In this document: positions 54,045-64,000 of the stretch, in pieces
Layout of the letters: each line of letters begins with the position of its first letter
Numbering within the stretch: position 1 is the stretch's first letter
From: Octopus sinensis
Lineage: Eukaryota
Length of the DNA stretch: 64,000 nucleotides
Reading direction: 5' to 3'
NCBI RefSeq assembly: GCF_006345805.1
Contig: NC_042999.1
Location: 90,272,001 to 90,336,000, forward strand
Program-made: the position numbers and the translations under genes
Notes under the pieces: model-generated
Databases searched by the model: none
The model's input: the letters and a program-made list of their open reading frames with translations, nothing else
What the model was told of the DNA's origin: nothing

Positions 54045-54519
54045 TGTATGTTGTGTGTATAAATACATACCTGGATATATATATACACATCCACACACAC
54101 ATATATATACATATGCACACATAAACATACGTATATAGGTGTAAATATATATATATATGCATCTATATATATATATGTATGCATGAGTATGTAAATATAC
54201 ATGTATGCGTATGTAACTATACACACATACACATATGTATGTATATATATATATATATTATTATCATAAAATATACATATATATATATATATATGTATAT
54301 ATAAATATATATATATAATATATATACATATATATATATAAATATTTATATGCACACAAATATAAATATATATACTATCATTGCTTCAAAGGCGCTGTTA
54401 GAGTACATCACTTACTATTGAATACATACCTTCATACACACACACATATATGAATATAAAGACATGTATATACGAAAATATACTTATGTAAATATATATA
54501 GCCATACATATTTATATAT

Positions 54520-54558
<39 letters not shown>

Positions 54559-54898
54559 TAAATACATATATATATATACATACACATATATATACAAACA
54601 GATACACGCTCACACATATGAACATAAATACACATCCATAGGGATATATGCACACATATATATATATATATATATATATAAATACATTTACATCTACATA
54701 CATATACATGCACACACATATGCAATTATATGTATACGTATATGTACATACATAATTATGGATACATATACATACATATATATACTTATACATACATATG
54801 TAAACTTATACATACATATGTATACTTATACATATATATGTATACTTATACATACATATATATATATGTATCAATAACCGCAGATTTATCTGTGTGTT

Positions 54899-54948
<50 letters not shown>

Positions 54949-55510
54949 TATACGTACATACATGTATATACATATATATAGATACATATATATACATATA
55001 TACGCATATGTATATACATACATATACATATATATTATATATACATAAAATACATATATATATATATATATACATACATATACATACATATGTATATACA
55101 TACATATGTATATACAAATATATATAATACATACATATTATATACATACATATATATATATACATACATATATATATATACACATACATATATTATATAT
55201 ACATACATAGATATATATACATACAATATATATATATATACAGAATATATATATATACATACATATATATATACATACATATATATATATATATACATAT
55301 ATATAGAAAATATACATATATATATACATAACTATATATATACATACATATATATAACATACATTATATATACATACAATATATATATATACATATATAT
55401 ACATATATATACATCTATATACATTATAAATATCTATATAAAACATATATATACATATACATATAATATACATATATATACATATACATATATATAGACA
55501 TATATAACAT

Positions 55511-55550
<40 letters not shown>

Positions 55551-56223
55551 TATAATACATACATATATACATATAAATACATATACAGATACATATATAT
55601 ATACATATATATATATATACAATATATTACATACATATATATAATACATAATATAAATAAACCTACATATATATACATATATATAATACATACATATATA
55701 TACATACATATATTATATATTATATATATATATACATATATATACATACATACATATATATACATATATATATACATACATATATTACATATATACATAC
55801 ATATTATATATACATATATATACATACATATTATATATACATATTATCACATACATATTATATATACATATATACATACATATTATATACATATATATAC
55901 ATACATATATATATACATATATATACATACATATATATATACATATATATACATGATATAATACATACATATATATATACCTACATATACATAGACATAC
56001 ATACATATACATATACATACATATACATATATACATACAATATAATATACATACATATATATATACATACATATATAATATACATATATTAATATATATA
56101 TACATACATATATATATATATATACATATATATATACATACATACATACATATATATACATACATATATACATACATACATACATATATATACATACATA
56201 TATACATACATACATACATATAT

Positions 56224-56260
<37 letters not shown>

Positions 56261-57148
56261 CATACATATATATATATATATATATACATACATATATATA
56301 TATATATACATACATATATATATATATACATACATATATACATACATATATATACACACATATATGTACATAAATGTATATACATACATATATACATATA
56401 AATACATACATATACATATATATATACATATACACACACATATATATATACATAGACATATATATATAAACATATATATATATATATATATATACATATA
56501 TTTATACATACATACACATATACATGTAAAAGTAGATAAATGGTACAAGTCACCAATATTTACTGGAAAATAGCAATCTTAATAAATACATACATACATA
56601 TATATATATACATATATATATACACACATATATATATATATACATATATATATACACATATATATATGCATATATGTATATACATATATGTATATGCATA
56701 TATATATACATATATGTATATGCATATATATATATACATATATACATATATGTGTATACATATATATACATATATGTATATACATATATATACATATATG
56801 TATATACATATATATCATATATGTATATACATATTATAATATATGTATATCATAATATATATACATATATACATATATGTGTATACATATATATACATAT
56901 ATGTATATACATTATATACATATATGTATATACATATATATACATATATGTTATACATATATATATATATGTATATGCATATATATATATACATATATAC
57001 ATATATGTGTATACATATATATACATATATGTATATACATATATATACATATATGTATATACATATATATACATATATGTATATACATATATATATATAC
57101 ATACATATATATATATACATACATATATATATACATATATATATATAC

Positions 57149-57188
<40 letters not shown>

Positions 57189-57538
57189 ACATACATATAT
57201 ATATACATATATATATATATACATACATATATATACATATATATATACACATACATATATATATACATACATATATATATATACATACATATATATATAC
57301 ATACATATATATATATACATACATATATAAACATATATATATATACATATATATATACATACATATATAAACATATATATATATACATACATATATAAAC
57401 ATATATATATATACATACATATATAAACATATATATATATACATATATAAACATATATATATATACATATATAAACATATATATATGTACATATATAAAC
57501 ATATATATATATATATATACATACATACATATATATAA
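54045..57538. repeat. ~3.5-kb compound TA/TACA/TATG microsatellite with short unique islands
   Basis: Low-complexity tract; islands at about 54355-54435 and 56525-56585. Confidence 0.96.
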
Positions 57539-57985
57539 GCAGCAAAGTTGACATGGCCCGCAGAATGTGTTCCTGGATTCTCAGAACCTTCCTGTCGAGA
57601 GATTCCCACAACATTATCCTTCTCTTCTCCACTTTTGCCCGACACCACCTTGAATACTGCTGTCCACTGTGGTCTCCCTACACGAAACAAAATATTATGA
57701 GAATTGAAGCTCCCCAAAGGTCAATCACAAAAAAGATAGATGGCATGTCAGACCTCAACTCCTGGGGTAGCCTAGAAAAGCTGAAACTGTATTCACTCCA
57801 ACGACACCATGAGCGCTACATTATCTGTATGATGTGGAAAATATTCCATCAGCACTGTCCGAATGATGTTGGCATCACCTTCAAAATACATCCAAGGCTT
57901 GGACCACGTGCTATCTGTGCACAACAAAAATCTAAATCGCATCTCATAACAACAATACGGCACAATTATTTCACCTAAATTCGAC
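57539..57985 (+). mobile_element. CR1/L2-group LINE (family B) C-terminal fragment
   Basis: [12 protein letters not shown]...[13 protein letters not shown]...LKLYSLQRHHERY is homologous to, but clearly diverged from, family A. Confidence 0.85.
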
Positions 57986-58015
57986 CCACTCTCTTCAACA
58001 TTACACCAGGACATG

Positions 58016-58240
58016 TCAACTCCATCTGAGCCTTTGCTTTAACACAAGAGCTTCTATACTTTCACACCGAGAGCCTTCCAATATTTCAAGATCACTGATG
58101 CGGTCCTTCCACTTAATGCCATAGATCCGTCTGAGGCACATCTGATGGAAACGTTCCAGTTGTTTAAGGTGGTATCGATATGTGACCCACATCTCGCAGG
58201 CATAGAGAAGAGAAGGGAGCACACATGCCTTGTACACCTC
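58016..58240 (-). mobile_element. RTE (BovB-like) LINE fragment
   Basis: YKACVLPSLLYACEMW...LERFHQMCLRRI-GIKWKDRI...QRLRWS is a typical RTE/BovB C-terminal motif set. Confidence 0.82.
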
Positions 58241-58249
58241 TATCTTTGT

Positions 58250-58433
58250 CTTTCTGCATATGTCTCGCCGACATTATTTCATGTTGCTCCAGTTCACCCA
58301 GCTGTAGAAATGAGTTGCGACGTCACAGGTGCCAAGCTGTATCAGCTGTTGCCTTTCTCTTGGATAACTCTGGAGGCGTGGAGAGGGGAGGCTGGTATGC
58401 ATGGGTGACTGCTGGTCTTCCATAAACAACCTT
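58250..58433 (+). mobile_element. SINE-like central-domain fragment
   Basis: CACCCAGCTGTAGAAATG...GCCAAGCTGTATC...GGTATGCATGGGTGACTGCTGGTCTTCCATAAACAACCTTG resembles a recalled cephalopod SINE body. Confidence 0.45.
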
Positions 58434-59063
58434 GTATATATACATATATATATATACATACACACAAACATACATGCATATATACATACATATATGCATA
58501 CACACATATATATACACATACATATATATATACATATATATATACATACATATATATATACATATATATACACATACATATATATATACATATATATACA
58601 CATACATATATATATACATATATATACACATACAATATATATACATATATATACACATACATATATATATACATATATATACACATACATATATATATAC
58701 ATATATATACACATACATACACATACATATATATATACACATACATATATATATACACATACATACACATACATATATATATACACATACATACACATAC
58801 ATATATATATACACATACATATATATATATATATACACATACATATATACATATATATATATACACATACATATATATATATATACACATACATATATAC
58901 ATATATATATATACACATACATATATATATATACACATACATATATACATATATACACATACATATATACATATATATATATACACATATATATATATAC
59001 ACATATATATATATACAATCATATACATACATACATATACATACACACATATATATATATTAT

Positions 59064-59099
<36 letters not shown>

Positions 59100-59128
59100 A
59101 TATATATATACATATATAAATACACATA
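58434..59128. repeat. (TACACATACATATA)-type microsatellite
   Basis: Low-complexity tract. Confidence 0.96.
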
Positions 59129-60480
59129 CAAGAGGTCCAGCTTAGATTTAAAATACCCTACATCAACTTTGTGCAGGTTCCCCAGACTCTTTGAGAGAGA
59201 ATATTAAAAAGCTGTGGACCCCTGAAACCCAGGCTGTCGAAGTAACTGGTCCTGAAGTGCGATGGCGTTGCTGGGATCTTTGGCACTATGCACTGTCATC
59301 CCGTTCTGGCATTGGTGTAACTTTCAATGCCAAAATTTGGTACAATTCCTTCCAAATATATGTTACTGCATAACTCTCCTGTCTTATTTCAACCTTTCAA
59401 CCTTTCCCTGTAGCTGAGCTGTTGGAGAGAGACGATCTTCTTTGAGAATCTTCTCTGGAATGCTTCAAGGTCCGCTGTTAATTTCACACTGGTAGGTGAC
59501 CATAGCTATGAGCAGTAATCCAGGCGGCTGAGGACGAATGTCCACCAGAGGACCATCATGGTTTCCTTATCTCTGGTTCTGAATGTTCTTAGGATCCATT
59601 CAGCCAGTTGTCTGCACTTTGTCGCCATCCTGGTAATGAGCACTTGGAAAGAGGTATCATCACTCATGTCCATACCCAGGTCCCTCACTCATTTAGGCTC
59701 TGGGATTGTAATTTCTTGTGGACTGGTATACCTTGTAAGTTTCATATTCTGTTTTGGATGCTGGTAGCACAGGGCTTGGAATCTTTCAGCATTAAACTGC
59801 ATATTATTATCCTCAGTCCATCTGTAAATTGAGTCCAACTCCTGCTGCAGTGTGTAACATCACTGGGGTTCTGTATTTTCTGCGAGACTTTCGTATCATC
59901 TGCATAGCTTGCAAGGGTGGCTATTCGGGCACTTGAGGGCATATCTGAGAGGGCCAGTATGAAAAGCAGTGGTCCCAAAACAGTGTCCTGTGGAACTCTG
60001 CTCAGTATTTGTGTTTTTATAGAGGTGGCTCTATTAGCCACTACTGCCTTACTCCTATCTTTCGAAAAGTCATGTAACCACTCTCCAAGTTTTCCAGCTG
60101 TGCCAAGATCACGCAGTTTGTGGCATATCATACCATGATCCACCTTCTCAAAAGCTTTCGCAAAATCAAGGTATATTACGTCCACATTTGATTTGTTGAG
60201 TAACTGCCCCAACACCCAGTCATAATGTTGTAAGAGCTGGGTCAGGCAGCTCCTACTGGTTGAATGCCATGCTGGGTATCACTCAGCAAGTTATTTTCTT
60301 CAAAGAATGCGATTAATTTCCCTCTGACTATCCGTTCCATGACTTTAATGATGTGTGAAGTCAGAGAGATAGGCCTATAGTTTTTGGTATCTGCTCTATT
60401 TCCACCTTTATGGATTCGGCATATTATTCCCTCCTTCAGTTTGCTTGGCAAGAAAGCTCTGGAAGAGAATCTGGAGGGGT
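59129..60480 (-). mobile_element. Decayed LINE family A copy
   Basis: KNYRPISLTSHI, YLDFAKAFEKVDHG, SYADDTK and MVLWWTFVLSRLDYCS; homologous to 4157-5618 with stops and frameshifts. Confidence 0.92.
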
Positions 60481-60630
60481 TATATATATAAAAAATATGA
60501 ATAATTTACTAAGCCCTTTTATATAATGTAATAATTTGAATTCGCCTTAAATGGTCCCTTTGCATACTGAATACTTGGTGAAATTGATTAATTAATTATT
60601 TTACCCTCAATTGTTGAAATTATATATATA

Positions 60631-60664
<34 letters not shown>

Positions 60665-60680
60665 CGAATATATATATATA

Positions 60681-61075
60681 GGCACAGGAGTGGCTGTGTG
60701 GTAAGTAGCTTGCTTGCCAACCACATGGCTCTGGGTTCAGTCCCACTGCGTGGCACCTTTGGCAAGTTTCTTCTACTATAGCCTCGGGCTGACCAAAGCC
60801 TTGTGAGTGGATTTGGTAGACGGAAACTGAAAGAAGCCCGTCGTATATATGCATATATATATATATATGTGTGCGTGTATGTTTGTCCCCCTAGCATTGC
60901 TTGACAACCGATGCTGGTGTGTTTATGTCCCCGTAACTTAGTGGTTCGGCGAAAGTGACCGATAGAATAAGTACTGGGCTTACAAAGAATAAGTCCCGGG
61001 GTCGAGTTGCTCGACTAAAGGCGGTGCTCCAGTATGGCTGCAGTCAAATGACTGAAACAAGTAAAGAGAAAGAGT
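60681..61075 (+). mobile_element. tRNA-derived SINE with LINE-A-type tail
   Basis: GGCACAGGAGTGGCTGTGTGGTAAG head, B-box GGTTCAGTCCC, central (TA)(TG) tract, tail GGCGGTGCTCCAGTATGGCTGCAG. Confidence 0.92.
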
Positions 61076-61345
61076 ATCATCATCATCGTTTAGCGTCTGC
61101 TTTCCATGCTAGCATGGGTTGGACGGTTCAACTGGGCTCTGGGAAGCCAGAAGGCTGCACCAGGCCCAGTCTGATCTGGCAATGTTTCTACGGCTGGATG
61201 GCCTTCCTAACGCCAACCACTCCATGAGTGTAGTGGGTGCTTTTTACATGCCACCGGCACAGGTGTCAGACGAAGCTGGCAAATGGCCATGATCAGATGG
61301 AGCTTTTTACGTGCTACCGGCACGGGGGCCAGGCGAGGCTGGAAT
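61076..61345 (-). mobile_element. RTE 3' tail abutting the SINE tail
   Basis: (CAT)n CGTTTAGCGTCTGCTTTCCATGCTAGCATGGG..., homologous to 2643-2932. Confidence 0.9.
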
Positions 61346-61501
61346 ATAATATATATATATCATATATAATATATACATATATATATACAGCATGTATAAT
61401 ATATACATATATATAAAATATATATACATACATATACATATATATATATAATATAATATATATAAATACATATACATACAAAATATATATACATACATAT
61501 A

Positions 61502-62655
61502 CAAATTCTTATGAGATGGCGTACACAAGTTTCAAATCGCCTAAACAAACAAACTGAAAGCAGTAAAGAGTCCCGCCTGAAAATACAACTGCTGGAGAGT
61601 GAAAAAAATCTGCAACTCTCCCATGAAAAAGAAAGAGCAGACAAAGAAGCCTAGGCTATAGAAAATATAAAATCTAACCCCAGAGCTTTCTACAAGTTTG
61701 CCAAATAAACAGCTTCAGTGCACTGCAGGATAGGGCCACTCTTCGAAAAAGATGGTACACTCACAGGAAATCCAATGAGGATAAGTGAAATACTAAATGA
61801 GCAATTCAAAAGTATTTTCGCTCCACCCATAGGGCACTTTCAAGTCAGCAATCCAACTGACTTCTTTACCACTGCAGATATAAAAATCAGAGGTAACGAT
61901 GATTGATTACATCAATATAAAGGAAGATGATGTAATAAAGGCTATAGATGAAATGAACCCAAGCTCAGCTACTGGCCCTGATGGATTCCTAGCAATCCTT
62001 CTAGAAGTATGTAAGCGAGTCCTAGCAAGACCACTGCAGTCCCTCTTTCAGAGCTTCCTTGCAACTGGTAAACTTCCAAGAAGGAGGGTAAAATATGCCC
62101 TATTCATAAAAGAGGTAGCAGAGCAGAGGCCAAGAACTACAGACCTATCTCTCTGACCCCACACATCAGCAAGGTCATGGAATGAATAGACAGAAGAAAA
62201 CTAATCACCTTCCTTGAAGAAAATGATTTGCTGCCTAACACCCAACATGGTTTCTGACCTGGAAGAAGCTGCCTAACTCAGCTCTTACAACACTATGGCT
62301 GGGTGCTGAAATAGCTACTCAACCACTCAAATGTGTAAGTGATATATCTTGACTTTGCAAAGTCGATCATGGAATGATATGTCACAAACTGCTTGATCTC
62401 AGCGTAGTTGGAAAATTGGGAGAATGGCTTCATGACTTTCTGAAGGATAGAAATCAGGTGGTAGTTGCTAATGGGGCCACCTCCAATGACACACAAATAG
62501 TGAGCGGTGTTCCGCAAGGCACTATTTTGTGACCACTACTGTTCATAATGGCCCTCTCAGACATGCCCTCAGCAACATAGAAAGCCACAATCACAAGTTA
62601 TGCAAATGATACAAAAGTCTCACAGGTAATACAGAAACCTGAAGACACGATCAAG
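61502..62655 (+). mobile_element. Decayed LINE family A copy (linker plus RT N-terminal half)
   Basis: ENIKSNPRAFYKFAK, SATGPDGFLAILL, then sequence homologous to 4157-4750; several stops and indels. Confidence 0.9.
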
Positions 62656-62660
62656 GGAAC

Positions 62661-62670
<10 letters not shown>

Positions 62671-62730
<60 letters not shown>

Positions 62731-63069
62731 TACACACACACACATATATATATTAATATATATATATATTTATATATATATATATAAACACATATATATT
62801 ATGTATATACACACATATATATATTATATATATATATACACATATATATTACTATATATATATATATATACACATATATATTACATATATATATATATAT
62901 ACACATATATATTACATATATATATATATACACATATATATTACATATATATATATATACACATATATATTACATATATATATATATACACATATATATT
63001 ACATATATATATATATACACATATATATATATATATACACATATTATATATATACACATATATATTGCA

Positions 63070-63105
<36 letters not shown>

Positions 63106-63121
63106 CACATATATATATTGC

Positions 63122-63154
<33 letters not shown>

Positions 63155-63279
63155 ACACATATATATATTGCATATATATATATATATACATATATATATT
63201 AATATATTATATATATACACATAATATATATATACACATATATATATATATACACATATAATATATACATATATATTGC

Positions 63280-63310
<31 letters not shown>

Positions 63311-63765
63311 CACATATATATATTGCATATATATATATACATATACACATATATATATTGCATATATATATATATATATACATATATATTTATATATATA
63401 TATATATATACACATATATATATATTATATATATATATACACACATATATTATATATATACACATATATAATTATATATATATATACACAATATATATAT
63501 TATATATATATCACATATATATATTATATGTATACACACACACATATATATATATACACACATATATAATCTATATACAATATATATATATACATACACA
63601 CATATATATATACATAATATATATATACACACACACACATATATACATATATATACACATAATATATACATACACATATATATTATATATACTATATATA
63701 TATATAATAGTATATATATATATATTTATATATACACACACATATATATTATATATATATATATA

Positions 63766-63806
<41 letters not shown>

Positions 63807-64000
63807 CACACACATATATATTATATATATATATATCTATATATATATATATTATATATATATATATTTATATATACACACACATATATTATATATTATA
63901 TATATACTATATATATATATATATAGTATATATATATATATTTATATATATACACACATATATTATATATATATATATATACTATATATATATATATATA
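62671..64000. repeat. TA/TACA microsatellite with higher-order units
   Basis: Low-complexity tract; longer repeated blocks in the last ~340 bp. Confidence 0.97.

Overview
AT-rich eukaryotic genomic DNA. The SINE/LINE repertoire resembles Octopus (coleoid cephalopod); this is an inference from recalled repeat families, not a database result. One protein-coding gene is well supported: the 3' part of MADD (DENN/MADD, Rab3-GEF, aex-3 orthologue) on the minus strand. Eight phase-consistent exons lie between 25,992 and 39,879. A probable further exon with a GC donor lies at 53,310-53,423, and a candidate 27-nt microexon at 53,082-53,108. The canonical last exons of MADD could not be found. The rest is intronic or intergenic: kilobase (TA/CA)n tracts, a 100-N gap, CR1/L2-type, RTE and RLE (Hero-like) LINE remnants, tRNA-derived SINEs, a full-length dead mariner, foldback MITEs and Helitron-like elements. 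Nearly all long ORFs in the supplied track (YIH/YIC/VCM strings) are microsatellite artefacts. The most interesting observations are: (1) a 350-nt-period element at 11,558-11,974 with a degenerate type I hammerhead ribozyme core (retrozyme/Penelope-like); (2) one SINE head carrying two different 3' tails, each matching a different LINE in the same window; (3) signs of neural splicing regulation in MADD (GC donor, UGC-type microexon, tandem TGCATG); (4) several long inverted repeats that could form dsRNA in the pre-mRNA.
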